Positions 11,544 to 24,492 of a stretch of DNA of 64,000 nucleotides are shown in pieces. Below the pieces are notes generated by a model. That model ran no database searches. It had not been told where the DNA came from and saw only the letters and a list, made by a program, of their open reading frames with translations. A program made the translations under genes and the position numbers. This stretch comes from Selaginella moellendorffii (Eukaryota > Plantae > Lycopodiophyta). The DNA is taken from positions 12,011-76,010 of the forward strand of contig NW_003314423.1 in the NCBI RefSeq assembly GCF_000143415.4, written 5' to 3'. The first letter of the stretch is position 1, and every line of letters begins with the position of its first letter.

Positions 11544-14009
11544 ATGAACGCGGCCGCCTATGCCCGGCTCATCAAATCCTACACCGTCTCTCGCGATCTC
11601 GTCCAGGGCAAGTGCGTCCACGTCCAGATCCTCCACTCCCATCTCGCCACCAACACCTTTCTCGCTAATCTCATCGTCGAGATGTATGGCAAATGTGGTA
11701 GCCTGGGCGATGCGCGAGCGGTTTTTCACTCCCTGCCCTCGCCCAATCTCTTCTCCTGGAATATCGTCATCTCGGCGTGTGCCGCGAATGGGGATTTCTT
11801 CGAGGCCATGCGCCTCTTCCACGCCATGCCCGAAAAGACCCAAATCGCAGCCACTGTGATGATCCGTGTCTATACAGAGCTTGGTCACATAGAAGAAGCA
11901 AGGTCTATTTTTGAGAATTTGCCACGGCGAGATCCAGTATCCTGGACTTGCCTGCTTCAAGCATATGCCACACAGGGGCATCCAGTGCTGGCAAAACTTC
12001 TTTTTGACAAGATGCCCGAGTGGGATGTGGTGTCATCTACGGCAGCGATGGGTGCTTGCGTACACTGTGGCTTTTTGGGTGACGCAAAAGTTATGTTTGA
12101 TCGTATGTCAAGACGCAATGTAGTCACTTGGACGACACTTATTTCAGCAAATGCCTCTATTGGGCATTTGCTATATTTTGCAAGAGAAGCGTTTGATCGA
12201 ATGCCTGAGAGGAACATCGTCACCTGGAACGCGATGATCTCTGGCTATGGCGAGGCCGGTGAAGTAGCCGAGTCGCGGAGGCTTTTCGACTCCATGGCCG
12301 AGCAGAACGTTATCTCCTGGAATACGATGATGGGCACTTATGCCCAGCACGGGCATCCACTGCGCGTTTGGCAGCTCTTCGATGGAATGCCGCAGCGCAA
12401 CGTCGTCTCCTGGAATGGATTGATCGCCGCGCTCGCAATCAACGATCTGGAGCTCATGGACCAGGTGTTCGATCGGATGCCCCACACGGATTCCATCTCG
12501 TGGAACACGGTGATGACGGCGCACGCCCAATCCGGGGACCTGGAGCGCGCCAAGGCGGCGTTTGATCGATCGCCCAGGAGAGATCTCGTGTCCTGGAACG
12601 GGATGATCGCGGCGTACGCGCAGCACAGCCAGATGGATCGAGCGAGAGTGGTGTTTGACATGATGGGCGATCGAAACACCACGTCCTGGAACACCATGGC
12701 CGAGGGCTACTGCCGGAGTGGATGTGTTCCGGAGGCGTGCTCAATCTTCCACGGCAGCCCACAGCGCGATCTCCTCTCCTGGACCGCGATGATGGTCGCG
12801 TTCGCGGAGAACGGGATCGTCGACGGCGTCAAGAACCTCTTCGACCGGATCCCGCACAGGGACGCGGTGTGCTGCACGGCGATGCTGGACGCGCTGGCGG
12901 CGCAGGGGCGCGTGATCGAGGCGGATGAGGTGTTTGCCTCGATGCGCGAGAGGGATGGAGCGGCTTGGAACGCGATGATCCAGGCCAATGTCGTCAACGC
13001 GCGCCTGGATCAAGCCAAGGAGCTCTTCGATCAGATGGACCGCCGGTGCCGGATCTCCTGGGACACGCTGCTTCAGGGGTTTGTGGCCGATCGATCCGTG
13101 GAGTGCGCCAAGGATCTGTACGATCGGATGTCCCAGCACGGGGTCTCATCGTGGACGTCGATGATTCAAGCATTTGCCCAAAGAGGGCATTTCGAGAAAG
13201 CTAAGGATATCTTCACTCATATGCCACGAAGGGATGTCATTGTGTGGACGGCTTTGCTATCCGTGTTCTCGCAGGAGGGCCAATTGCAGTTTGCTACAGA
13301 GGTTTTCGAGCGAATTCCACAGGCAAATCTCGTCTCGTGGGCTGCAATCGTTGCAGCAAATGCCCAAAACGGGGATATTGGACGCGCGAAAGAGCTGCTT
13401 GATTGCATGCCCGAAAGCACTGTCTCCGCCTGCAACATTCTTATCGGTTCATACGCGCAGCACGGCAGGTTGGCGGAGGCGAAAGCCCTCTTCGACACAA
13501 TGCAGGAAAGAGATACTGTCTCCTGGACCGCGCTCGCAACAGCGAATGCCCACGCGGGGCATCACGGCGCCGTGCAGCTACTCTTCGCATCGATGCTGCT
13601 CGACGGGATCAAGCCGGACGAGCTGACGTTCCTGTGCCTGCTCTCGTCGGTGGCATACACGGGCATCGTGGACGAGGTCCGAGAGAGGTTCATGGCAATG
13701 GTGGCGGACAATTTCGTGGAGCCGACGCTGCAGCACTACTGCTGCCTCATCGCAGCACTGGCGAGGGCGGGGAGGCTTCGCGATGCCGAGGAGCTCATTC
13801 ACTCGATGCCATTCATGCCCGAGCAAGTGGCGTGGATGACACTCTTGTCAGCGTCAAGAAACGACACTGATTTGGTGCGTGGGCGTCACGCAGCGCAGCA
13901 TGTCATGAGGATCAAACCGCAAGACTCTGCATCGTATGTGTTGCTCTTCAACCTCTACAGTCATGGTCTAGCAAGTTCGGAAAATGTAGTAAAAGAGCGA
14001 ATGAAATAG
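11544..14009 (+). CDS. PLS-class PPR protein with E domain, no DYW (821 aa)
   Basis: Long run of 31-aa PPR motifs (MPERNIVTWNAMISGY); HYCCLIAALARAGRLRDAE..WMTLLSA..SASYVLLFNLY. Confidence 0.95.
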   Translation: MNAAAYARLIKSYTVSRDLVQGKCVHVQILHSHLATNTFLANLIVEMYGKCGSLGDARAVFHSLPSPNLFSWNIVISACAANGDFFEAMRLFHAMPEKTQIAATVMIRVYTELGHIEEARSIFENLPRRDPVSWTCLLQAYATQGHPVLAKLLFDKMPEWDVVSSTAAMGACVHCGFLGDAKVMFDRMSRRNVVTWTTLISANASIGHLLYFAREAFDRMPERNIVTWNAMISGYGEAGEVAESRRLFDSMAEQNVISWNTMMGTYAQHGHPLRVWQLFDGMPQRNVVSWNGLIAALAINDLELMDQVFDRMPHTDSISWNTVMTAHAQSGDLERAKAAFDRSPRRDLVSWNGMIAAYAQHSQMDRARVVFDMMGDRNTTSWNTMAEGYCRSGCVPEACSIFHGSPQRDLLSWTAMMVAFAENGIVDGVKNLFDRIPHRDAVCCTAMLDALAAQGRVIEADEVFASMRERDGAAWNAMIQANVVNARLDQAKELFDQMDRRCRISWDTLLQGFVADRSVECAKDLYDRMSQHGVSSWTSMIQAFAQRGHFEKAKDIFTHMPRRDVIVWTALLSVFSQEGQLQFATEVFERIPQANLVSWAAIVAANAQNGDIGRAKELLDCMPESTVSACNILIGSYAQHGRLAEAKALFDTMQERDTVSWTALATANAHAGHHGAVQLLFASMLLDGIKPDELTFLCLLSSVAYTGIVDEVRERFMAMVADNFVEPTLQHYCCLIAALARAGRLRDAEELIHSMPFMPEQVAWMTLLSASRNDTDLVRGRHAAQHVMRIKPQDSASYVLLFNLYSHGLASSENVVKERMK

Positions 14010-14044
14010 ATTCTTTCTTCAAGCAAAGAGCGAATAAAATTTTA

Positions 14045-14116
14045 CGCCGTTGCCGGGGATCGAACCCGGGTCGTCCGCGTGACAGGCGGAAATACTCACC
14101 AGTATACTACAACGAC
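14045..14116 (-). tRNA. trnD-GUC: tRNA-Asp (GTC)
   Basis: Minus strand reads GTCGTTGTAGTATACTGGTGAGTATTTCCGCCTGTCACGCGGACGACCCGGGTTCGATCCCCGGCAACGGCG (72 nt): plant cytosolic tRNA-Asp, followed by a TTTT Pol III terminator. Confidence 0.95.
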
Positions 14117-14299
14117 TTTGCTTATACAAACTTGATTATCAGGGTTAAAACTAATCTAGGTTCACGGAAAACAGAATGTTTATACGGCCGAGACGCGTCC
14201 TCTTGCTAGTGCGCTGCGATCTTTCATTTGGATCCCTTGATCTCTTTTGCAATGAATCCCTTCGCTGTGAGCGTCCCAACACTCACAGCACCAAAAGAG

Positions 14300-14720
14300 G
14301 CAATGAATGACGAGCAGGCAATGGATGAGCACGAGCTTTTGCTTCGTTTGCAGTCATCTATGGACAGCCAAGGCACTCCATGCCCACGCTCGATCGATTG
14401 CCCTCCCTGAGAATACATACCTCCTCAACCATGTCATCCAACCATGCATGGCTCATCTTCAATGCCATCGAGCCCAAGCATTCCTTCTCCTGGGATTTCA
14501 TGCTCATTGCCTACATATGCAGTGAGAGGCCAAGGCCTTGTTCGATGCGATATCCAGCTGGAATCTCGTTGCTTGGAATGTTATGCTGTGCCTGTATGCC
14601 CAGACTGGGCATTTGGATGTGCAAAGTTACAACCTTGTATCATTAAATGCCTTGATATTTGCTTATGCTATCAATGGCCACACGAAAAAGGCTAAACAGT
14701 TGTTTGACTCTATGCCTTAA
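14300..14720 (+). pseudogene. PPR gene remnant
   Basis: Frame-broken fragments NTYLLNHVIQ, FSWDFMLIAY, NLVAWNVMLCLYAQTGH, NALIFAYAINGHTKKAKQLFDSMP. Confidence 0.8.
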
Positions 14721-16189
14721 AGAAGCTAATGGAGCAGCCAACTCCAAATGCAATTGGATCCACAATCTCATCCCACTATCCAGATCTATACTTTAGGTAT
14801 TGAATGCATATATTAGCCTCATATATTTATTAAATTCTTTGGCATGTTCTTCCTCTAGTATAGTTATTTTCTACCTCCAATGCTCCAAGAGCAATGTCAA
14901 TATTTTTTCTTCAAGATCTTGCTCTATATATGGTAGGAGAGATTAATGTAAATATGTATTATCTTTGGTGTCCTATATGCTATTTTTATTTGAACAAGAT
15001 AGATGGTTATATGAGTTTGGTAAGTTTTATTGAGCATTATTGCAAATGCCCAAGAGTGGGTTTAGAAGGTGTGCACTTGTGGATATATAAGAAAATAAAA
15101 AAAGAATTAAAGACACACAACTATTATGATTTCATAGTGAAAAACAATATTTTATTAGTGAATATTGTATCAATGTTTGCTGAATATGGGATATTTAGGC
15201 CACCGTTTAACGTAATATGAAAGTCATTATGAGTAAAGTGGAGAATCTTATATTTTTTAGAATGATAGTATTCTAGTATGTATAAAGACATTATTATATA
15301 TACAAGTGGTTTTGACACTATTATAATTTAAAGTCTTATTTTTGAGACTGACAATCTACACTTTCAAAAACCCCTAAATACCGACAAGGGATGCTATCAA
15401 TATTGAAAATTCAATTTATTTAATATGTAAGAATGGCTAGAGAGAATGTTGTTACTATTTGCACTTGGTCCCCATGTATTTTATATAAATCTCTACCTCT
15501 ATCTCTAAGTTCTACTAACATTCCACCCTTCCCTCCACATAACAATTATTATAAGGCTCTTCTTTTTGTAACCCCTATTTGGATAAGATAGAAGGCTACA
15601 TAGGTCTAAAAATTTTAAAGAGCATTGTCACAATTGCCCAAGAACTAGTATAAAAGGTGTGTATAAATAAATGTATAGGAAAATCAAGAAAGAGTTAAGA
15701 ATATAAAATTATTATTATTTTATGGTGAGGAACAATATTCCATTAGTAAATACTACATTCACAAGTGTTGAATATAGAATTTTTTAGGCCACCCTACTAA
15801 AGTTCTAGCTACTAATAATTCTTATATTATGATATTATCCATCCCCCCCTTGCCATTTTTTTTATAAAAAAATGGTATTACCTGTAGGTAATAAACTCAT
15901 AATACTAGTAATTATGAAATTTGACAAATTGACATTGTAACTATCTCTAACATTGACACTTTCACTATCACTATTTTTGACATTATCACTATCATTATCA
16001 CATTGATATGTGACATGCTTTTCTCATTGCAAGTGGATGCATTCAACTGTCTTTTACTGTATTATTAATAAAAGATTTTTTATATGACTCCTCAATTCAG
16101 GGGAAGATTCATATTGCATATGTTGTGCCATGCATACCTAGGAAGACTTCTAGAAAACTAAATATATATTATATATAAATTTTTAAAAC

Positions 16190-18670
16190 ATCATAAATTA
16201 CCTTTTAGAAACAACTAATAGAGAAGGATGAAAATCTCTAAAATGGCATTTGAAGAACTTATATTCTTCAATTGCAAACACTAATCTGCTAGAGTCATGT
16301 GTTGCCTCAACCATTAAATCACTACTTGTTGTGCAATCAATGACAACACCCTTAGTTGGGCAATAAAGTTCAAGTAGGATATACATTGCCAATGGAGATT
16401 AGAACCAATACACAAACAATGTGTTGTGGATGTTATTGTCTATAAAATTTAGTATGATGTCAGTAGAGTTATTATACTTTGGCAAAACCTATGCAACACA
16501 CTTGCTATCACGAAAACCTTTATTTTCTCTTCTATAGAACACATGGTAAGTCTATATCATAACTTGAATAATAAAACTTTAAAGACAACCCAAAACACAA
16601 GATAATTTCTTACCTTCTTTGGCATGCCTAAGATGCCTTTGGTCTCGACCCTAACACTATCCATGATGCACCCGAAAGAGAACTTCTTGAAGTTGACTTG
16701 AGTTGCATACCTCATGAGGTAAGATATCCAATTGGGGTCATTTGGGAGAATGAAGGTAATTTGATCAGTTGTATAAAGGAGAACTACTGCTAGAAGGAAT
16801 GCATCCTTTAAGTGGTGTTTAGTCAGGATGTTTCAGCTTGGAACATCACCATTAACATTTGGAAAACCATTTAGCATATCAAAGAGCACGAAGTTTGTGC
16901 TCTTGAGTAGTTGCCTATAGATCTTTTGATAAAAACTCTCCAACTCCCAAGGACAAATTTGCAATTCCCAAGGTCAAGTTTGCTTTATCGCTGTTGGAAA
17001 CTTCATTGTTGTCATGTATATGCCTCCATCTCTTATGCCATGCTTCAGGAGTTGATTGCATATCGGTGTTTCAAGAGGAATGCCTTTATATCAGAAATAC
17101 CTACAATAGAATATAAAAAAATTAAGTATAGTTGAGAAATTGTATATTACTTAAAAGCTACTTGCCATATGAAGTAAAGTTGGCCAAGATGTTTATCAAA
17201 TGGAGTCATGCTGGTGGCCTTCTTTGGCAATCAATCATCTTTGAGTTTTGTAAGCTCAATGGTGATGAAGTCCTTGAATAAAAGTTATTTAGGATCATCC
17301 CCTATGAAAGGCACCAGAAACATCTCCCTTTCATATATAGTTTGTGAAATGTAGATGGTCCTCCTCATCACAGTTTCCATCATATTATCCAAACTTTTTT
17401 CTCCTTCCCTGAGTCTGTTATTGAGGTCATTCAAAATATGTATCTGCTCCTCATATGTAACTTTTGACTTTGAGATGTTGTAAATAATCTTATTTGGAGT
17501 TTTTCCCACTAGAAAACAACTTTTGTGAGTAACCTTCAAGTAAATGCACATAATACTTACTTTCATGATAAGCAATCTCTATTTTAATATCAAACCACTC
17601 CTTTGGGCATCAAGGGTCGGCCACGTTGAGTAATTGTTTTTACCTTTCTTTTCTTTATGATGTCAATTGCAGGTAAATGCTCTAAAAGTTCTTGATTATT
17701 TTCAGCTTGATGTGATTGTGCACATACGTCTTGACTAACCTTCACCAACGGCTGAAGACAACACAAACATTCAGTGATAAGAAGTATACTAAGAAGAACA
17801 TATCTTACTCCATACAGCTATCATAAAAGCTACTAGATTCTTATACCATTTATTGGCATCTTAACAACCTCGTTAATGCCAAATAAGTGATGCTAAATCG
17901 TCACCATAGTGGCTGTAGAATGCATCCTTGTTGAGATTGGCAAGAAACTGGATCTACTTGATATCATGCACTAGGCTTTACTTCTGCACTGCAAATTGTC
18001 CCAACCTGCAAAACATAAATTTGATAGAGGTTTTTACGCATTAATTTTGTGATAAACTATCACAAGCCTTACCATATCTAGAGATCCTCTCACATATACA
18101 TGTCCAACTAAAACATTGATGTGATAGATAGGATTGTGTCAAAAGCATGCATTAATGCACTTCATCTACACACACTAGTGATGATTCCCGTCGATAATGT
18201 AAAACATTTTCCCCACAAATTGTTGAGTCTTGAGACAGTTCAAAAGCATGTTGTCAAATTTGTGGGTCTTCATTTTCCATATGTCATCCCAAACCCTCTC
18301 AATTTCCAGTGACACTGAGAGGGTATTTGTTGTTCTTGGCTTGAACACCAAAACAAGGAATATACTTATATTTGTCCCAAAGCCGTTCAATTTGTAAAGA
18401 TTATAGATGTCCATGTTGATGAAGTGAGGTGAAGCAAACTAAACAATGCTTATCTGAGTGAATTGACATAGTGTAATTTTTTAGATCATGTCTCTTAAGC
18501 CTTCCCATATGAGAGACTCGAGAATCATGTGAATGGCTTTCTCTTGGAAGTGCTTGTCCATAATATATTCAAGTAACTCCACTTCTCTTTCAGCTTTAGT
18601 TACACCTCCAATAACACCATTATCAAATCTAGCCCCCAATTCAAGCCCAACACCCTCTTGAAGCATACAT
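16190..18670 (-). pseudogene. Decayed ParB-N-like + beta-class amino-methyltransferase-like gene (probable TE cargo)
   Basis: Fragments in order: KMFYIIDGNH (ParB/Srx-like, ~18180), TNFVLFDMLNGFP..VPS*N (motif IV-like, ~16880), LLELYCPTKGVVIDCTTSS..VEATHDSSRLVFAIEE (motif I-like, ~16270-16380). Many stops and frameshifts. Confidence 0.55.
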
Positions 18671-18745
18671 AGGCACTACTTTATAATGTAGTTAGTTTTT
18701 GCCATATTTTGCAAATATGTTAAGAGTAGTGGCATTGAGGGGGGG

Positions 18746-18845
18746 NNNNNNNNNNNNNNNNNNNNNNNNNNNNNNNNNNNNNNNNNNNNNNNNNNNNNNN
18801 NNNNNNNNNNNNNNNNNNNNNNNNNNNNNNNNNNNNNNNNNNNNN
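18746..18845. other. Assembly gap (N run)
   Basis: 100 consecutive N. Confidence 1.
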
Positions 18846-20269
18846 GTAATCCCCGGTATACCACTCTGGTGGGCCGCCCCAGTTGACTCAACATGCATAG
18901 GCCAGTTCAACTCAATGCCACTGCGGCATTGAGTCGAACGGCCTATCCTGCATAGGTTGAGGCAGGTGCGGTTCTCAAGCCAGTTCACTAGCGTACTAGG
19001 CTCAATTGAGCACCTAGGCCACCTATCCTGCATGGGCTGAGGCAGGCGCAGTGGGCCAGTTCATTGGTGTACCAGGCCCAGCCAAGCACCTGGGCCACCC
19101 GTCTTGTACAGGCTGGTTCACCAGCATATCAGGCCTAGCTGCCTGGGCCGCCTGGGTTGTGGCATGCTGCATATGGCAGATGGCATGCCAAGTGGCATGA
19201 TTCTGCAGCTGTTGTGCCTTGCCCTACAAGATGCCATGGGCCACATGTCCCATGAAGCACATTATCCTGGCCAAGCACGGTTCATTGGCATACCATAGGC
19301 TACAGCATTGTGCTGGCAAGGCATGGAAGCCACGGTGTTGTGCGGTGTGGCATGCCATATTGGCCCGTATGCCCCACGTGGCACAACATTGTGGCCCATA
19401 TCTGCCAACATTGGCACCGCCGCAACCTGTACACCCCACGTGGCATGGCCCCACAGCCCATGTGTGCCGCACTGCACACTATCCTGGTCAAGCTGGTGCA
19501 CCGTGGGCAATGACAATGCTCCGCCTGCTGATGCCCATAGTATGCCAGCGTACTATGGGGCTTGGTTGCAGATGAGGTGTGTGGGCTTGGCCTGCAGGGT
19601 GCAGCATAGGGGGTGGCCTGACCTGCGCGGTGCTCAACTTAGCACATGTGCAATAGTAGTGTGCAGCCCAGTTTGCATGGCAAGTGGAGGTGGTGGCATA
19701 GTGGCATCGAGCGATGTTGAAAGATGTAGATTGAGGTGGCACTATGAGGGGGAGGAGGAGAAAAAATAAGCCTTACTCTTAGTGGCATTGTTTTTGATGT
19801 TGATAGATTCCACAGAGTCACTCTTATCATAGTCATTCATTGTGGTTGTAGTAATTTTTATATGTCCATTATGTTGCAATTATTCGCTAGCAATCTACAA
19901 TTTCTACTCTGTCCTAGATTTGATCACGTGACAAAGTCCTTGAGTTATAACCTAGGTGTGCTATAATATCACTGTGCCATAATATGGAAATAATGTGACA
20001 ACCACATGTGTGGAATTGATCGCAGTATGAAATTATAAATGAGCATTATGTGTTTTCTTGCACATTATAAAATCTTGTCATAAAATATAAGAATTTCATA
20101 ATTGTAAGGTGTTATTTTCAAAGCAATATGATAGATAATTTACTATAGGTATAGATGGTAGTACATAGATAGAATATATTTAAATAAGTTCAGAAAAATG
20201 TGATGCCTTCTGGCTTTACTGAAGTACTAAAACTATGTATAATATTTAATTTTTTTGGCAATAGTTGAT

Positions 20270-20680
20270 CGATGGTAGATCATAGAATAAAATAATTCCT
20301 ATCTTTCACATTATGGCACATGCTTGAGGTGATATTTCTTTCTGTTGTACCAAAAGTTAGTCTATATAATAACTTTGAGCATGTTTTGAATTCAATGTAT
20401 ATTGACTTTAAATATTGTACAACATAGTCCTCTATACTTCATATAGACCTTATTATAACAATGTTAATTAATGGTAGATCCTAGAATAAAATCACCCTTA
20501 TGTTTCATATAATGGCATATTAGTAATGGCACATGTTTGAGATGATATTTCTTTTTGTTCTAACTCTAACTTTGAGCATATTTTTGAATCTAGTAAAAAG
20601 ATTGGAAGATAATATGGACATTTAGTATTGTATAACAACATAGCTTTTTTATACTTCTAATAGACTTTATCATAAAAGTT
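20270..20680. repeat. Degenerate ~200-bp tandem duplication
   Basis: atggtagatc.tagaataaaa..tggcacatg.ttgag.tgatatttctt..aactttgagcat recurs at ~20272 and ~20472. Confidence 0.75.
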
Positions 20681-21199
20681 TAGATTTCCAAAACCTAAAG
20701 GTAACAAAATAGAGAGCTTTCTTATGCATTACCAATATCACCCATTGTTTTCTTTCTCACAAAGTTTTGTTTTAGAAAATTTTCTTTACCAACATTTTGA
20801 TCTTTCTTGGGTTTTGTTTCATTGAAGGCTATGATTTGCAACAATACTAGTGTAGTTGAATGATCAGAGTTTCTTCTTTCGGGTATGGGTGAAAGTGGAC
20901 AGCATTGGGATTTGCAATATTCCAAATTCAAGGAGATTTGAGTTTTATGATCTCCAATCAAAGTACGAGCCTGTGATCATGCCAAAGTGAATGTGAAGCA
21001 AGAGTCAATCGTCATCATTTCTTCTTCTTCTAATTCTAGTGGAGATGCCAGCTTAGTACTAGCCAAGACCGACTTTACCAATATTCAAAGCTGTTTGTAA
21101 TGCTTTCCAGTTCTCCCACTTCTCTATCAACGTGCGCTCGTCTTTGCATAGGCCCATTAATGAGCTCCAATCTATATACAATGGCAAACATCTTCTTTG

Positions 21200-23965
21200 A
21201 AATACCACCTCTTGTTAAGTCAAAATGAAAAAGGATGGAGACCAAATAGGACATTCACAACTGGTGTAAGATCAAAACCATATATTTCTAGCATTTTGAA
21301 GGCATAGTGTCCATGGTTCATTGTGGTGGGTATTTTGATTGTGTGAATGAAGCATGCAATCAAGAGTGCAGTAAAAATTCCATTTTTTTTAAAGGATTTA
21401 TAATCAATCCTCCCATCCATGACACCATAGTGTTGGATTTAAGTATTGGTTTTGCAAGAATGCTCCATTATATCGTGTTATCTATGGGCTAAAATGTACT
21501 ATTTTCTTCCAGGGGATGGAGAGGTTGGTAGAGCTGTAATACATATTGGCATGCACATATATCCAATGCAGAAAGGGATATAATGGAGTTTAGTCAACCA
21601 TTTCAAAGATATAGTGCAGATAGAGATTGTGAGAAACTCATTTACAACTCCAAAGCATATTCAAAAGACAGTGCTAAAAGATTTTATGGCAAGCATCTTA
21701 CTTGATCCGGGCTACAAAAAGACTCAACTGGACAAGGCTAGCTTGCAAGAGTTACTATGATACATGCAACCTGCAACTAGCCTCAGAAGGTAAGAAAATA
21801 TTATTACATACTTTTCAATAGTATCTCTTTTATATTTTGTTTTATTTAGGATAAAATCTTGGATGTGTGAATCTCGAGAGGGGAAACTCTAGTAAAAAAT
21901 CGACTCTATCCTTGAACTAAAACAAATTTGTCCCTATGAGTTTATCCATGGGAGTTTATTTCCAGATCAAGTCATTAATGAGCAAGAGCGCCCTTTGTCT
22001 TTAAAATGTTTACCATAGGTGTTACCTTTGATGTAAATGTTGTTTCTTGAATACATATATCTAAGTCAAGTAACCTTGCTAATGCATGAGTATATTTTGA
22101 CCATATGGAGCGGGTAGTAAGCTGGACAACCATGGGAGCTTATGTGTATGATCCAAGGTAGTTATGTTTTCTCACTATCTTAAAATGGTTTTAAGCATTG
22201 ATTTTTTCATAAGCTACGTTCCAACTTGACAATTGTAACAGCAAAGTTTAAAGTATAAGATCAGATGGCCCAAAAAATATTTTGGAAATCCCTCTCTGAT
22301 ATTGTACTGAAGCGAACTGATAAGCCTACCAACGTTTGCAATTTCATAGTAGATCGGGTTGGGGCTAATTGGAATGGCATCTAGTATTTAGGAATGGTCA
22401 ACCCCTAGAAGGTTATAAAAGGACTTGTGAGTTCCATTTAGCTTAGAGCCTAAATCAACATTACCACTTTATCAAGCCAGATTTCTAATTAGCATTTAAG
22501 GAGTTGTGCAAACAATGGTAGGCTATACCTTCGATAGATAACTTATGTCTGTATACCCATCTTCATGCCACCACATTTGGATCTCATCTGCTTTTGCCAT
22601 GGTTGGAGTGGTGGGAAGTTAGAATATTCTAATGGGGATATCACTTTCTTCAAGTTTGTTTTCTTTTTTCTTCTCATTTTATTACCTTTTAATATTGTTT
22701 TTTTCATTAGAACCAACCACTTGAGGATCTTGCATACACCCCAACTGTGAATTTCTTAGAGAATAAATATTAGAGCTAGTGTTTCTTTGAGGTAGGGAAA
22801 GGGAAGATAAGTCTATATGAAGTATGTCTATTGAATTTGATACGTATTGTAAAGTAGTCTTCAAAAGCTTTGGCATTTGAGGAAGGAAACTATATATGAA
22901 TAAGACCTTTGGTTGAAATGTTACATATTAGATGAAGAAGAAAGTGATTTCACCAATATGAATAATGGCAACTGCAGTAAAGGAAGTGGTTTACAACACA
23001 TTTATGGAGTATACTTTCGCTTCTATTAATGATATAAAGATTGTTTGCTCAAAACATCACTTTTCCTTTGCTGGTGAAGAAGTTGGCATGGACCTTGGAG
23101 TGAAAAATTTCATAAGTCTGATGTTAAGTACCATTCTATTCCAATACATCACCCTTAGATCAAGCCACTTTAAATGGCTGATGAAAAGAGTGCATCACAA
23201 CAAGTTGAAATTGCTTACTATAGCATGGAGCCAAAGTAACAGGAAATCACCAAGTGCCAGCAAAATCAAATGTAAAGTGTGTGGGGATGCTTTCGAGGGG
23301 CAAATGTTGGGCTTAGATCCATGGTGACAAGTTTGCTTATGTTCCAGCCTCATGTTTCCATGAGGAACAAAAGCAAGCAGGATTTTCAAGATGGTGTTGG
23401 CTATATTGTTGTAATACTGATGCCAACCATACAAAGCAGCTTGAAGACACTATAGTGACTAAACTTGATGCAGTATCTAAAGAATGATGGGTTGCTAATG
23501 GGGTTGTACTCACTTCGAATAACATTGAAAACCTTGAGAAATTTTATTTCAATCTTGAGCAGAGAGTTGGGACATGAGTGACAAAATCAAGATTGTTCCC
23601 ATAGAGATGTATAAGAGGTTAGCAAAAATAGGTAAGGTAGTTAAATTTATTGGTATTGTCTCCAAACAAAAGTAAGGTAAAATAAACTTGGCTTAAACAC
23701 TTGAGTGTGAGATTCTCTTCACAAATTACATCACTACGTTTGCAAAGGAGTACATAGTGGAGACAATTGCCATTAAAGACTTTCCTTCTTGTACATGTCC
23801 AAACTTTACAAAATACAAGGAATATAAAAAGGTATATACTCATTGCAAGCATATGTATTACATCTTTATCAACATCTTACACTAGGATCCTAAAGTGGAT
23901 ATTCATATACACCAAGTAAGCCTTACTATTGTTAAATTGCAAATTTTTTTTGAAGCTAACTAGAT
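21200..23965 (+). pseudogene. Decayed gene ending in a SWIM zinc finger (possible MULE-like transposase remnant)
   Basis: 23778-23963 translates DFPSCTCPNF..THCKHMYYIF..IHIHQVSL (CxC..CxH SWIM). Upstream coding-like fragments with stops. Left boundary approximate. Confidence 0.45.
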
Positions 23966-24492
23966 TTTCCAAGACTATCAATGTCTATTTTTTATAAATA
24001 ATATAAACTTATTATACTTTATATAATTAATAAAAAATATTTTTTTCATTTCACTTTTTATTTTATATACTTGTTTTGTAATGCTGCCCATAGTACTCAT
24101 GTGTCTCCATTTCTGTCTTTACCATTTCAAAAAATATTTCATAGTAGTCTTTCAGGCGTGATGTTGTAGTGTGTCGCAAAAGCATATATACCATTATACT
24201 AATCATCGCCGTTATTTCCACTATAAACCAGAAAATATATAAAGCATTTCTTGAAAGTTATGAAATTGCAATTTTCTAAAACAAGAAGGAGAACATTCTT
24301 TTTCACCCAATTTGTAATGCCCTCTCTTATTGCATTTATTTTCAGCTTATGATCACTATCTTCACTATTCTTTCTTTCTTTCTCTTGTGTGGTTTAATTA
24401 TGTTGTGTAATGGGATAACTATTGCATCTCTTGGGATAACTATTGCAAACTGGTTCCACTAGAGTCCAACACTTACACTCTCCCTACTATAC

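Noticed and set aside
9184-13870. Many overlapping 100-325 aa ORFs
   Set aside because: Alternative-frame or antisense shadows of GC-rich PPR genes.
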